Counted from the first letter of the stretch, positions 30,358 through 41,756 are shown. The stretch is DNA of 64,000 nt from an uncultured Nitrososphaerales archaeon (GCA_963841565.1 CAWJCY010000006.1:224001-288000); one strand, 5' to 3'. Made by a program: numbers and translations. The notes: generated from the letters alone by a model not told the origin.

Positions 30358-31788
30358 TTGATGGGAAGGACGCTGTTTGATAAGATTTGGGATAATCATG
30401 TGGTTTATCAAGAAAAAGACGCAGCGCACGGAAATCCATCCCTAATTTATATAGATTGTCATTTAATACACGAGGTCACATCCCCTCAGGCTTTTGCTGG
30501 TTTGAAGCAACTTGGACGAAAGGTCAGACGCCCCGACCTGACATTTGCAACAATGGATCACAACGTTCCAACGACTAACCGTTCCATTCCAGTAATTGAT
30601 AATGACTCATCTATCCAAATGCATACTTTGGGAGAAAACTGCAATGAGTTTGGCATTACGCTCTTTGACATGCTCAGCCCTCAACAGGGCATAGTCCATG
30701 TCATCGGTCCCGAACTAGGCCTGACGCTGCCCGGTATGACAATTGTTTGTGGAGATAGTCACACATCCACTCACGGCGCATTTGGAGCCTTTGCGCTGGG
30801 CATAGGTACAAGTGATGTTGAGCACGTACTTGCCACACAATGTCTCTGGATGCACAAGCCCAAGAGCCTCAACATCAAGTTCAGTGGAACCATTAGCAAC
30901 CGGCCTGGACTATCCGCCAAAGATATTATTCTTTCAACAATTAGACAAATAGGCATATCTGGAGGGATCGGATCAGTGATCGAGTACAGTGGTGAAGGAA
31001 TTTCTACTCTTTCAATGGATCAAAGAATGACAATCTGCAACATGTCTATTGAGGGTGGAGCAAGGGCTGGATTGATAGCTCCAGATGAGGTGACCTTCGA
31101 TTACATAAGAGGACGTCCATTTGCACCATCTGGAGAAAAGCTAGAAAAGATGATTGAATATTGGGAATCATTTCTAACTACAGATTCTGAAACTTGTCAC
31201 GATAAATCTGTCAAAATGGATCTTTCGAGACTAGTCCCTCAAGTCAGTTGGGGGACAAATCCCTCGATGGTTATAGATGTTACAGAAAATATCCCATACC
31301 CAGAAGTATTTGCAGATGGAAATGTCGAGGAGGAAAAATCAGCCAAGAGGGCATTGGAATACATGGGTCTAGAGTCTGGTGTGCCTATAACTGAGATAAA
31401 CATAGATCGTGTGTTTATTGGATCTTGCACTAATGCCAGGTTGGAAGATTTGGTAGATGCATCTAGGTTGCTTGAGGGAAGGACTGTCTCGTCCAGAGTC
31501 AATGCAATGGTGGTTCCAGGTTCTCAATCTGTTAAAAGGGCTGCTGAAGAGAAAGGCATCGATAGAATTTTTAAGAAGGCTGGCTTCGATTGGCGCGAAT
31601 CTGGATGTAGTATGTGCCTAGGAATGAATCCCGATATACTTGCTCCTAAGCAGAGATGTGCAAGTACATCTAATCGCAACTTTGAAGGGCGACAAGGATT
31701 TGGTGGAAGGACCCATTTAGTTAGCCCAATCATGGCCGCGGCCGCAGCAGTGGAGGGAAAATTTGTAGACGTACGTGAATGGTTTTAG
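30358..31788 (+). CDS. leuC: 3-isopropylmalate dehydratase large subunit (bacterial-type)
   Basis: HEVTSPQAF, DHNVPT, CGDSHTSTHGAFG, FIGSCTN, GCSMCLGMN, STSNRNFEGRQG. Confidence 0.96.
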   Translation: MMGRTLFDKIWDNHVVYQEKDAAHGNPSLIYIDCHLIHEVTSPQAFAGLKQLGRKVRRPDLTFATMDHNVPTTNRSIPVIDNDSSIQMHTLGENCNEFGITLFDMLSPQQGIVHVIGPELGLTLPGMTIVCGDSHTSTHGAFGAFALGIGTSDVEHVLATQCLWMHKPKSLNIKFSGTISNRPGLSAKDIILSTIRQIGISGGIGSVIEYSGEGISTLSMDQRMTICNMSIEGGARAGLIAPDEVTFDYIRGRPFAPSGEKLEKMIEYWESFLTTDSETCHDKSVKMDLSRLVPQVSWGTNPSMVIDVTENIPYPEVFADGNVEEEKSAKRALEYMGLESGVPITEINIDRVFIGSCTNARLEDLVDASRLLEGRTVSSRVNAMVVPGSQSVKRAAEEKGIDRIFKKAGFDWRESGCSMCLGMNPDILAPKQRCASTSNRNFEGRQGFGGRTHLVSPIMAAAAAVEGKFVDVREWF

Positions 31789-31804
31789 ATGGGCCTAAAT
31801 TAGG

Positions 31805-32395
31805 ATGAAATACTTCAAATTTATATGTGATAAAGCGATTCCCTTGGATATAATAAATGTTGATACTGACCAGATCATCCCTAAACAGTTCCTTAAGATG
31901 GTAAAGAAGGAAGGCTATGGTGAATTTCTCTTCTACAACTGGCGATATCAAAACGATGGGACGCTTTTAACAGACTTTGTTCTAAACGACAAAAGATATT
32001 CAGGAAGACGAATCCTTCTTACACGAGATAACTTTGGCAGTGGGAGCTCTCGTGAGCATGCAGTATGGGCATTAAAGGATTTTGGTATTATTGTTCTAAT
32101 TGCTCCCTCATTTGCTGACATCTTCTATAATAACTGCTTCAAGAATGGGATTTTACCTGTCAAGCTTAAGAGTCAAGAAGTAGAGTTTCTGTTTAAGAAT
32201 TCTGAAAATGAGGAAATTGTAGTCGATTTAGATAAACAAGAGGTAGCTTGTTGTGATCAGTCATTCAGCTTTCTTATAAATGGTTTTAATAAGAGGATGT
32301 TGATGCAAGGACTAGATGAAATAGGACTAACCCTTGAACTGGAGAGCGATATAGGAGAATATGAATCTAAAAGAGGCATTCATTCTTCTGCATGA
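31805..32395 (+). CDS. leuD: 3-isopropylmalate dehydratase small subunit
   Basis: NVDTDQIIPKQFL, NFGSGSSREHAVWA, FADIFYNN, GLDEIGLTL. Confidence 0.96.
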   Translation: MKYFKFICDKAIPLDIINVDTDQIIPKQFLKMVKKEGYGEFLFYNWRYQNDGTLLTDFVLNDKRYSGRRILLTRDNFGSGSSREHAVWALKDFGIIVLIAPSFADIFYNNCFKNGILPVKLKSQEVEFLFKNSENEEIVVDLDKQEVACCDQSFSFLINGFNKRMLMQGLDEIGLTLELESDIGEYESKRGIHSSA

Positions 32396-33178
32396 TGCTT
32401 CCTCATTATTCCAACTGCCCTTTTATGTTGTAGTAATAAATACTTGATTATGCAAACGTCATAGGTTGTTATCATTGATATGAGCTGCTAGTACGTACAG
32501 TATTATTCATTTACGAATCCTTTAATAACACGACAATTCTGATTGAATACTATTTACACAATGGTGATAATCAAAGGCTTTTGAGCTCTTGAGCAGATGT
32601 GCTTCGATCGCTGCGTATTGAGATAGCCAAACAAATGAAAATGTCTGATTCAATATTATAATCGCGAGTTTGGAATCTTGTCATAGCAGAATCAACTGAA
32701 GACCGATCAATTTTTCAAACCCTCCCAGTAAGTTTATTCTCTTGTCGATAACAGCAGATAAGACTACAATCTGTTGACATTCATAAATTTAATTGGAATC
32801 TAATCGTTAAAGTAGTGATCAGCGATATATCAACGTCACACGAAGTTTGTGAGTTTTATTACAGCCATAAATAAGTTTGATATATTTGAAAACGCATGCG
32901 AAAAATTACTGTGGGTTAGGAGTAAATAGTTGAAAACAAGATACTCAAAGTAATCTCGTGTAATAGGGATTGACCTAATAAGCGCCTTATAAAAGGTGGA
33001 AGTTCAATGTATCTTAAGTTGAAATCTTGGAAATGAAACTAAACATCTGTGTAACAAAGAAGCGGTAGAGAATGAGGATCCACTTTTGAATTTCCGGTGT
33101 AATGGATGTATGTTTATCAAGGTGGACTTCGTCTAACCATCCAATACAATTATTAGGGGTTTTTCTTACCCACACCTT

Positions 33179-33637
33179 ATGCGACATTACATTGCTGACA
33201 CTTGGCTTAAAATGTGGAAGTCAAATTCTGACGAGCTCAAGGGAAAGGCAATTAGTTGGAGGAAAGAACCCTCAATTCATAGGATTCCAAGACCGAGTAG
33301 GCTAGATCGTGCTCGAAAGATTGGTTATAAGGCTAAACAAGGCATAGTTGTGGTACGAGCAAGAGTAGGCAGAGGCGGAATGAGAAAACAAAGACCTGTG
33401 GCAGGAAGAAGACCAAAACATTTAGGGGTTGTACGTATTAAACAAGGAACTAGTATGCGAAAAGTCGCAGAAAGAAGGGTGGGTGAAAAGTTTCCAAATT
33501 TGGAAGTAGTAGGATCTTATTACTTGCATAAGGACGGAATGCATCAGTGGTTTGAGGTCGTCCTGGTAGATCCTATGCATGGATCCATTTCCAAAGATAG
33601 AGAAATGAGAGGAAAGCTTGTAGCTTTTTCCAAATAG
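33179..33637 (+). CDS. rpl15e: 50S ribosomal protein L15e
   Basis: RPSRLDRARKIGYKAKQG, VAERRV..KFPNLEV..SY, FEVVLVDP. Confidence 0.95.
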   Translation: MRHYIADTWLKMWKSNSDELKGKAISWRKEPSIHRIPRPSRLDRARKIGYKAKQGIVVVRARVGRGGMRKQRPVAGRRPKHLGVVRIKQGTSMRKVAERRVGEKFPNLEVVGSYYLHKDGMHQWFEVVLVDPMHGSISKDREMRGKLVAFSK

Positions 33638-33666
33638 ACAAGCGGCATTATACCGTTAGAATATTC

Positions 33667-34065
33667 TCAATTGCCTATGGTGGGATCTCCATGCATTTTA
33701 ATAGATTCAATTATCTTTAGGATTTCTTGATTCTCTGCGTCTTTTTCTAAGGTAATATAGAAAAATCCTCTAGTTATTGGTATCGTTACTATTTTGACCT
33801 TTTCATTTTCAGTAATTGTGAATCTTGTCTTACCTATAGCCTTTTCAAATTTCATTCTTAGTTGGTTCCTATTTGCTTCCAGAAAGTTCTCGTCTCTAGC
33901 CTCATCAGGAGAAAACAATGGTATAACACCCTTGCGAAGCTGTCCTGAAATAGTTCTTCCAAAATTGTTCATTAAACCGACATATCTAATTTTGGGCGAC
34001 AGCCCTAAAAATTGTCTGCATAACTTTCTGTTTTTTTGTAATTTCTCTTCATCAGCGCCATTCAT
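33667..34065 (-). CDS. Roadblock/longin-like small protein typical of Nitrososphaerota
   Basis: KIRYVGLMNNFGRTISGQLRKGVIPL...IGKTRFTITENEKVKIVTIP. Confidence 0.65.
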   Translation of the reverse strand: MNGADEEKLQKNRKLCRQFLGLSPKIRYVGLMNNFGRTISGQLRKGVIPLFSPDEARDENFLEANRNQLRMKFEKAIGKTRFTITENEKVKIVTIPITRGFFYITLEKDAENQEILKIIESIKMHGDPTIGN

Positions 34066-34322
34066 CGCGTAGAGCTATAAAATTCTAGAAATATATTTGT
34101 TCAATTTCTGAGTATTACGATGATAATGTGAATGCGATGATCTTGAAAGAGAAAAAACCCCACTATATGAAAGAAGAATGAAGCTACGTTACCCCTCAAA
34201 TTGGCTTTGATTATTCTGGCAAGATTGGTTGCGTCATCATTTTAGTGTGCGTCACGGCATTTATTCTAGTTACAGTTAAATTCAATAATCAGTGAGGTGT
34301 TACTTGTATTTGTAATCTATCT

Positions 34323-34640
34323 TTGGCGCTGGATTTGCTCCGTTCAAAAGCACTTTTCCAAAACACTATCGATGTATGGATCATGTTTTGCGAAGAAAGG
34401 GGAATCGATTGGTATGATATTAATGCGTATACAAGCTTTGTGAGCTATCTAAAATCAAATGGCTTTAGAATGCAAAAATTCCCTCTTTGCATTAAGGAAT
34501 CAGCAGGAGTATATGAAAGAGGTAAAGACAAGGCCAAATTTCTAGAGGAATTATCCCATATTTCTACGGACGACGCAGGAGCTTTCACAATAAAATTGGC
34601 AGATAATACAATGTCTACTATACGAAATTTTAGGATTTAA
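34323..34640 (+). CDS. Conserved hypothetical protein
   Basis: Clean 105-aa ORF with protein-like composition; no motif recognised. Confidence 0.6.
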   Translation: MALDLLRSKALFQNTIDVWIMFCEERGIDWYDINAYTSFVSYLKSNGFRMQKFPLCIKESAGVYERGKDKAKFLEELSHISTDDAGAFTIKLADNTMSTIRNFRI

Positions 34641-34710
34641 TCTTACAGCCTTTTGATGCACCTACCAAACTCCAGCACACAATTCTAGAGCATTTTCATT
34701 TTTATCATTG

Positions 34711-35646
34711 TCAAACGGAAATCTCTTGGAATCTGTGAATGAGTTTCTCAGCAATCACTCTGGCTGCCAAATCCTGTGCCTCTTTGGTTTGTGCACCAAT
34801 ATGAGGAGTACATATGATATTGGGTAATTCTAGCAATTTTCTATTAGTAGGTGGCTCGATCTCAAAGACGTCTAGTCCAGCTCCAGCTAGCTTTTGATCT
34901 TTCAAATGATCGTACAAAGCGACTTCATCCACGATCCCTCCTCTTGAAGTATTGATGATGTAGCTTGACTTTTTCATTCTAGAAAGAAGCTTGCTATCAA
35001 AAAGATGGTATGTGTCCGACGATAGCGGAACATGGATGGTTATGAAATCGGAACTTTCAACCAATGTATTTAGATCAGCATTAATCATGCTAACTTCGTT
35101 GATGTATTCTCTGCTGATAGGGTAAATGTCGTAGCCTATGATATTCATTCTTAATGCTCTAGCAATGCGCCCCACGTTTCTTCCTATATTCCCTACACCG
35201 ACTATGCCTAGATACTTCCCACTTAGCTCTGTTCCCATCAGAGACTTCTTGATCCAATTTCCTTTCGATGTTTCAGAATGCGCGTATGGAATAAAGCGAG
35301 CCAATGATATCATGAAACCGATGACCAACTCTGACACTGCTTTTGTTGCAGCTTCTTGAGCATTTATGACTTGTATGTTCTTACTTTCCGCATAGTTGGT
35401 ATCAATATTATCCAGTCCGACCCCAACGCGTGCAATGACTTTAAGTGAATTTCCACTTTCAATAACGTCTTTAGAAACATTTGTTCTGCTCCTCACAACC
35501 AATACATCGTAACCATTAACAAGGGACTTGAGTTTTTCAAGCGTAATATTTGGCTGATAATCAACAATCATTCCAGCCTTTTTTAATATCTCAACCCCTA
35601 TCTCATCAATTGAGTCACAGATAAGAACTTTCCAAACACCACTCAT
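34711..35646 (-). CDS. serA: D-2-hydroxyacid dehydrogenase (phosphoglycerate dehydrogenase-like, no ACT domain)
   Basis: ARVGVGLDNID, GIVGVGNIG, INTSRGG, LDVFEIEP, TPHIGAQT. Confidence 0.82.
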   Translation of the reverse strand: MSGVWKVLICDSIDEIGVEILKKAGMIVDYQPNITLEKLKSLVNGYDVLVVRSRTNVSKDVIESGNSLKVIARVGVGLDNIDTNYAESKNIQVINAQEAATKAVSELVIGFMISLARFIPYAHSETSKGNWIKKSLMGTELSGKYLGIVGVGNIGRNVGRIARALRMNIIGYDIYPISREYINEVSMINADLNTLVESSDFITIHVPLSSDTYHLFDSKLLSRMKKSSYIINTSRGGIVDEVALYDHLKDQKLAGAGLDVFEIEPPTNRKLLELPNIICTPHIGAQTKEAQDLAARVIAEKLIHRFQEISV

Positions 35647-36475
35647 AATGGACAGGCAACTATTAGCCTATATATACTATTTCAAGATGAATTCAAGATT
35701 TCATAGATTCTCGATTGGAGATTCCAAGTGAAAACTATGAGGTATATAATCAGACTCGTAAGTCATGTTGAAGCCCCTAATTAGAAACACTAGAACTTCC
35801 TTTTTAAATATGCAATATTGGTAACGTATTATAAAATTATGTTAGAGGAATAATTATCTGCCTACGAGATATTTGAAAATGTTTTAGAATCATACACAAT
35901 TCACATTCAAAATCAGTTCGAATGAAATCGAATATTTACCGTTTCCTAAGACTTGTGCTTATTATCATATTTGAGGTTGAAAATCTAATGTGATAAAATG
36001 AGAAATTATTGATTTATATCCCACTCACGTAGCAGTTGCATCTGAAATAATTTTTTAGTGTACAAGCCATTGAATGCTCTAGGTTACATAAGTAGTCGTT
36101 GATACGATACAATGTATCTGACTTGTTCGATCCTTTGTATGAAGAACAGTTGATTGGAGGTCATTAGAAACTTTACTCTCTTATTGTACTCGTTAATGAA
36201 AAAAGATCTATTAGTTCTCCACGGATTATTCTTATGGCTGCATTGTCAATACAGTTACTTATGGCCAAGAAAGTAGCAAGGAAAAGGGATGACTGGCTAG
36301 CAATACTATTAGACTAATTGTACGCTAAGGTTTATCGTTGGATGATTTTTGTTGAGATCACTCTTTATGCCCTCAATAGTTGCTCATAGTGCTACCACGG
36401 TTGTCGGTATCCAGTCATCCAATCAAATCGTGGCGGTCAAGCATTTAGGGGACAAGTATTTCTGATTCCGGTCGC

Positions 36476-36990
36476 TCAATCGCTTCTTGCAACTTGTTCT
36501 TTGTTCCGCCATTTAGCATAGTATTCAATCTGGAATGCGTAATGCCCCATCGCCCTAATTACTGATCCTTTCAATTCATCAAGATCAACATACTGTCCTC
36601 TTACAGCTTTTGCTAAAGGAGAAAATTCTGCAGTAGCTCCAATCTTCTGAAAAGATCAAGTTGCTGTTTAGTTTTGGCGTCAAGAGTTTCTAAGCTTTTT
36701 ACTGTCTATCCAGAGATGGAGAAAAGATCTGCCGCTTCACAGTTCGGAGGGATCTTCTGTTGCATTATTCGATTCAGCAATCGTTGCCTCCAGATCCTTC
36801 AAAACTATCTGAGTTATTTTACTTCAGTGTTACACTGAATTCCATGCTTAATGATATTTCTTCAGCTTCTTCTTTCAATACTTTTACTTTAACTGTTAGT
36901 TGTTCCTTTTCTAGCCTTTTTCGTCATAATCGTCCAAATTCGTCGTCAAATTCGTCGTCGATCTCGTCGTCATTCTCGTCATTTGAAACA
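36476..36990 (-). pseudogene. Degraded gene for an acidic, coiled-coil protein
   Basis: Protein-like blocks separated by stops and frameshifts: VSNDENDDEIDDEFDDEFGRL*RKRLEKEQLTVKVKVLKEEAEE / ITQIVLKDLEATIAES / TVKSLETLDAKTKQQLDLF / KIGATAEFSPLAKAVRGQYVDLDELKGSVIRAMGHYAFQIEYYAKW. Confidence 0.45.
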
Positions 36991-37242
36991 TGTCCCCCAA
37001 TGGAGCGAATGGGTTAACATGATTACAACAAGCTGCTTCAGGAAGCCAGCGATATCGTTATATTGAAAAGTAGATAAAACAGGATCAAAAGCCCCAGGAT
37101 GTCATTCATCAGATATCGACTTATGAGGATTAGAAGGCTCACCAAGAGTAGAGTATATTTGATAGTTAGATCTTTGCTTTTCCTATATCTGAAAATAAAA
37201 ATAAAATTAGGCTGGTATTGACTTTAAAGGCATTCGATCGGA

Positions 37243-39360
37243 CTACTTTTTAGATAAGCCAATTCTTACGTCTACGGCCCTTGTTCCTACTCCTTCTTCG
37301 AAAACCAGAAGTGGATTCATATCAAACTCTTCTATTTCCGGAAAATCAGTTACCAATTGCGATAATCTCTGGAGATTTTCCGCCAATGCTTTCAAGTCGG
37401 AGGGTTTCTCGCCCCTCGCTCCTTTCAATAATTTGATTGACTTTATAGACTCGATCATCTCAGTGGAGTCTTTTTCGGTTACAGGGGCTATTCTAAATGT
37501 AACATCTTTGAGAACTTCTACATAAATGCCTCCCAGACCAAACATCAACAATGGACCGAACAAAGGGTCGCGTTTCGCACCGATAATAGTCTCCTTACCG
37601 GATCTAACCATCTCCTGAATCAGAATTCCCTTTATTAATGCATCCTTATTGTATTTTCGTATGTTTCCAATGATATCTTTGTAACCCTTTCTTACTTCTT
37701 GCTCATTAGTAAGGCCTATCTTAACACCACCTGCATCAGATTTGTGAATGATCTGCGGGGAGACTATTTTCATAACTAGAGGATACCCGATATTTCTTGC
37801 TGCTTCAGCGCATTCATCTTCACTTTTTGCCAAATAGTTTTTCGGAGTTTGAAAACCGTAAGATTGAAGAACCTCGTACCCTTCTTCCTCTAACAGGTTA
37901 GATCGTCCTTCTTTCTTAACATTATCGAAAATCTTGGTTACCTTTTCAATATCCACCGGGAAACTCTTGGGTGGTTCCTCTTCTCTTGAGAGCCATTCCC
38001 TAAATCTGTACATTCCGGCAAGTGTCTGTATAGCTGGTTCAGCGTACATAAAATGTGGGATATCGCCATCAGACAGTACTTTCTTGTTTTCCTCACCTTC
38101 TGCTAAACCCATTAGAGCGGCAAGCATTGTCCTCTTTGTTCCTTTTGAAGTGTTCACAATAGTCCTTGCGAGTTCAGTATAGTCTAAAGTGGCTGATGGG
38201 GTACACATTGTTACTATTGCTCCAACGTTACTATTTGACAGTAATTCAACCAATACTTTCTCGAATCTCTTGTAATCAGCATCTCCAACAATGTCTACTG
38301 GATTCCTGGCAGATCCATGAGGTGGAATAATCTTTAAAATTACATCTCTTGAGGAAGATATGTCTGCCATTTTCAAGCCATATTCGGAACATATGTCGGT
38401 GGAGATTATGGCTGGCCCTCCTGCGTTTGACACTATAGCAACCCCCGAATCTTTATCAGGAACTGCCTGTTTTGAAAATGCCGTCGCCAGCTCGAATAAC
38501 CTTTGCATCGTATCCACTCGAATAACTCCTGACTGATCAAATAAAGCATCATATGCTTCATCAGAGCCCATTAGAGCGCCAGTGTGAGACATCGCAGCTT
38601 TTGCCCCTTCGGGAGTTCTTCCGGATTTAAGAACAATGATAGGGATCTTATTTTCCTTGGTTATTTTCTTGGCTACCTTCATGAACTTCCTCGCATCGTG
38701 AATATCTTCCAAGTACATTACGATTACACGTGTTTCTACGTCATCAGCTAATAGTTCTAGCACATCATTTTCGTCCATATCGACTTTGTTTCCCATGCTA
38801 ATAACTTTCGAAAATCCTATCCCTTGTGCAATGGCATCTTCCACTGTAGCAGCACAAATCGCTCCGCTTTGCGATACCAATGCAATCCCTCCATGCTTAG
38901 GTGTGATCTTGAGAAAAGTGGCATTCATCATATTTTCTGGAGAAAGGCTCATTATTCCCAAACAATTTGGACCAATGATTCTTGTCCCGTACTTCGCACC
39001 AATGTCCCCCACTTCTTTTTCAAGTTGAGCACCGACACTGTCAACCTCTTTGAATCCTGCGGTTACTATAATTGCTCCCTTTATCCCTTTCTTTCCGACT
39101 TCCTCAATGACTGAGGGCACAGTTTTATTGGGGGTAGCAACGACTGCAAGGTCGATATCGTCAGGAATGTCTAGTACGCTCTTGTAGGCTTTCAAATCAA
39201 AGACCGTAGGATTGGAAGGGGTAACCGGATAAATCTTTCCTCGATATCCTTTCTGTATGTTAGAAAATATAGCCCTTCCTACACCAGGTTTTTCTGACGC
39301 ACCAATCACTGCTATTGAAGAAGGTGACAAAAATACTCGGTGAGATCCATGATCTGCCAT
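37243..39360 (-). CDS. 4-hydroxybutyrate--CoA ligase (ADP-forming) of the thaumarchaeal 3HP/4HB cycle
   Basis: CoA-binding IAVIGAS, GPNCLG, SQSGAIC, SHTGAL, HKSDAGGV ATP-grasp. Segments such as MMNATFLKITPK and EDAIAQGIGFS match my recollection of the 4HB enzyme better than the 3HP enzyme. Confidence 0.85.
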   Translation of the reverse strand: MADHGSHRVFLSPSSIAVIGASEKPGVGRAIFSNIQKGYRGKIYPVTPSNPTVFDLKAYKSVLDIPDDIDLAVVATPNKTVPSVIEEVGKKGIKGAIIVTAGFKEVDSVGAQLEKEVGDIGAKYGTRIIGPNCLGIMSLSPENMMNATFLKITPKHGGIALVSQSGAICAATVEDAIAQGIGFSKVISMGNKVDMDENDVLELLADDVETRVIVMYLEDIHDARKFMKVAKKITKENKIPIIVLKSGRTPEGAKAAMSHTGALMGSDEAYDALFDQSGVIRVDTMQRLFELATAFSKQAVPDKDSGVAIVSNAGGPAIISTDICSEYGLKMADISSSRDVILKIIPPHGSARNPVDIVGDADYKRFEKVLVELLSNSNVGAIVTMCTPSATLDYTELARTIVNTSKGTKRTMLAALMGLAEGEENKKVLSDGDIPHFMYAEPAIQTLAGMYRFREWLSREEEPPKSFPVDIEKVTKIFDNVKKEGRSNLLEEEGYEVLQSYGFQTPKNYLAKSEDECAEAARNIGYPLVMKIVSPQIIHKSDAGGVKIGLTNEQEVRKGYKDIIGNIRKYNKDALIKGILIQEMVRSGKETIIGAKRDPLFGPLLMFGLGGIYVEVLKDVTFRIAPVTEKDSTEMIESIKSIKLLKGARGEKPSDLKALAENLQRLSQLVTDFPEIEEFDMNPLLVFEEGVGTRAVDVRIGLSKK

Positions 39361-39847
39361 ACTAGAGGTAAAGACCCAGAAGGATAGTTATAAATGCATT
39401 TGTTCACTAGCTAGCAATGACAACTTGAGCTTAGCTACTCAAGACATAGTTTACTCAGATATAATAATCTCAGCGCAATTTACATGGTACAATAATTTGG
39501 ATAGTATAACTATCGGAATACGCGTGGGCTGCTGCAATATATCGTGTTAATTAACAAGGATACAAATACGCTGAGGTGAAGTTCAAAGGAATGAATTCGA
39601 TTTCAGTGTTAGATTTGTCAAAAATGGCGCAAAAGTATTCATCCTAATGCTCTTAAAAAGTAGTATCGATTTTTCCAGGTACGATTGCGGCCTCTATAAA
39701 GAACGACATTTCGATGCTATTACGTGTTCAATTGCAAGTAATCATCTCTAGGAAAATCTTTCTTTCAAACAAAAGTTATTCAAGCCAAATTAAATAACCA
39801 AAATGCCAAAAATCATAATTATCGTTTGTTAATAAATAGATGCATTG

Positions 39848-40666
39848 TCAAGGTTTTTTATCTATTCCACATATTATGTGTGCGCCTTTATTGGTTCCTT
39901 CGTAAATGTATACGCCCAATGCGTCAATATTGGATGGCATCTTTGGTGCGAGCAGCCTTATTATTTCGGTTGATAGATTTTCAACTGTTGCCTCGCCTGA
40001 TAACATAAATGTCGTGGCTTTTGGCACTTGTAAATTGAAGTCACCTTGTAGACCTGCGAAGGAAACGAAATAATGCTTTTCGTCTTCTTTTACAACATAT
40101 TTTTTGGATATGAAAAACTTGTGATCCATCAAATTCAAGGTCTGTTTAATGATCCGTTTAGCATCTCCAAAATCTATTACAAGATTATTCCTGGTTGTAC
40201 CTATTATCTCTACCATCACATTAGACGTATGTCCATGCAGTATAGAGCACTTTTCGACTAAGGGAAGAATATGTGCATAATCGAATGCTAGTGAAGGATC
40301 CTCTATAAAAATAGAACTAGTTTCATTATCTTGAGAGTCGAACAGGAATACTGATTCTAATTCGTCTACCTTTGCGAGATACCTAGATGATCCAAAAGCA
40401 ATGATGTCAAGGTCGGGATATTTCTGCTTTATAGCTTTGAATTTCTGAAGATCCGCCTCGGAATCAACTACCTCGATATACTTGTTCTTAGTTTTGAAAT
40501 CTATAGTTACTGGCTTATCGTTAGTTAGCCCTGGAACAGCCACGTCATATTCAAATTGATCATCTAAAAATGATAGCAATTTTGCCAGAGTTGATTCTGT
40601 CCTACTCCTATAGGTTACACTATTGTGATCCAAATACCTAATGTCCTTGTCCTGAAGGCTTTTCAT
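39848..40666 (-). CDS. queD: 6-carboxy-tetrahydropterin synthase (QueD/PTPS family) with N-terminal nuclease-like domain
   Basis: C-terminal FDYAHIL..KCSILHGH, VIDFGD, MDHK, TVENLS, IYEG. About 110 extra N-terminal residues. Confidence 0.85.
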   Translation of the reverse strand: MKSLQDKDIRYLDHNSVTYRSRTESTLAKLLSFLDDQFEYDVAVPGLTNDKPVTIDFKTKNKYIEVVDSEADLQKFKAIKQKYPDLDIIAFGSSRYLAKVDELESVFLFDSQDNETSSIFIEDPSLAFDYAHILPLVEKCSILHGHTSNVMVEIIGTTRNNLVIDFGDAKRIIKQTLNLMDHKFFISKKYVVKEDEKHYFVSFAGLQGDFNLQVPKATTFMLSGEATVENLSTEIIRLLAPKMPSNIDALGVYIYEGTNKGAHIICGIDKKP

Positions 40667-41258
40667 ATAAAATATCGTCAATTTATGAGCGTTTCACATA
40701 TAAACTGTTTTTGTCCATTGGTTTTCCTCTAATCCAACCTTTCCTCATGGTTTCGTATGTGTCAAAACCTAAGTATACATTAGCGACCCTATTCTGGATA
40801 CTTAGAAGCACATGATGGTTGATTCTTCTCATCTTCCTAACATCGTAGGGTCAAGGAGGGCCTAAACCCTTTGCAAGAACATTGAGATTAGCAGAATTAA
40901 TTGCTGTGACTTACAGTAAATGAATTGTTTTTCAGAGATCTCATAGCCCCATCCCCCCACTCTTGAAGTATGCAAATAGCATCCTCAAAGTTTGATGCCC
41001 TTAATAAGCGAACTTCGAATCGGCTTGCTGAATTAGTTATAGCAGTCACCTGCAATTATTGCGGAAATAATTCATGCTGCTTTATGTAGCGACGCTCTAA
41101 GAAATGTTATACTATTCGATGGTCTATCCAACTAGTCCCTTTTATAGGATCAGGTTAATCTTTCTATTTAAAACCTGACAAAATAAGGACTTGCTAATGA
41201 ATCCAATGCTTGTAACAATTAGCTTAATCCTACATTCATAGGATCGAGGTCTTTCGCA

Positions 41259-41756
41259 TCAAACTGATAATGTATCCATTATTGAGCTTGTTGAAATATT
41301 ATGATTCGCTATGAATCCTGATGAAGCAGCTATCACATACTTAGCAGGTAAAGTATTCTTGTAAGTGCATTTTGAAGCATCAAATGGATTAGTACAAATT
41401 TGTGCATTTTCTTTTGCATAGATCACATGACCATTTTCATCAAGCCAGATCAAATCAAGATTATACTGGATGTTGATCAGCCATAGTGCATAGAGGTCTG
41501 GCTTTCCGTAAACCAATAGCATTGCTGAATCCATAGGAATCGGATCCTCCCGGAACATCAACCATCTTTGTCTCTCCTCAGGTGATTTGGCTACCTCTAC
41601 TTTGACAGTATCATTGTCAATTTTTATTGTGCCAGTAGGAAAACTGAGATCTCTATTCTTGACCTCTGAAGGGGCCAAAATGAGACCTAAAATTCCGATA
41701 ATAAAGGCGGCTAAAATGGCAGGTAACAAAACCACCATCTTACTAGCCATAACCAC
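41259..41756 (-). CDS. DUF192-family membrane-anchored protein
   Basis: VKVEVAKSPEERQRWLMFRE...AMLLVY...LDLIWLDENG...AKYVI; N-terminal TM helix. Confidence 0.85.
   Translation of the reverse strand: MVMASKMVVLLPAILAAFIIGILGLILAPSEVKNRDLSFPTGTIKIDNDTVKVEVAKSPEERQRWLMFREDPIPMDSAMLLVYGKPDLYALWLINIQYNLDLIWLDENGHVIYAKENAQICTNPFDASKCTYKNTLPAKYVIAASSGFIANHNISTSSIMDTLSV

Noticed and set aside
36760-37017. Ser-rich 85-aa + strand ORF
   Set aside because: Antisense shadow of the acidic minus-strand remnant.
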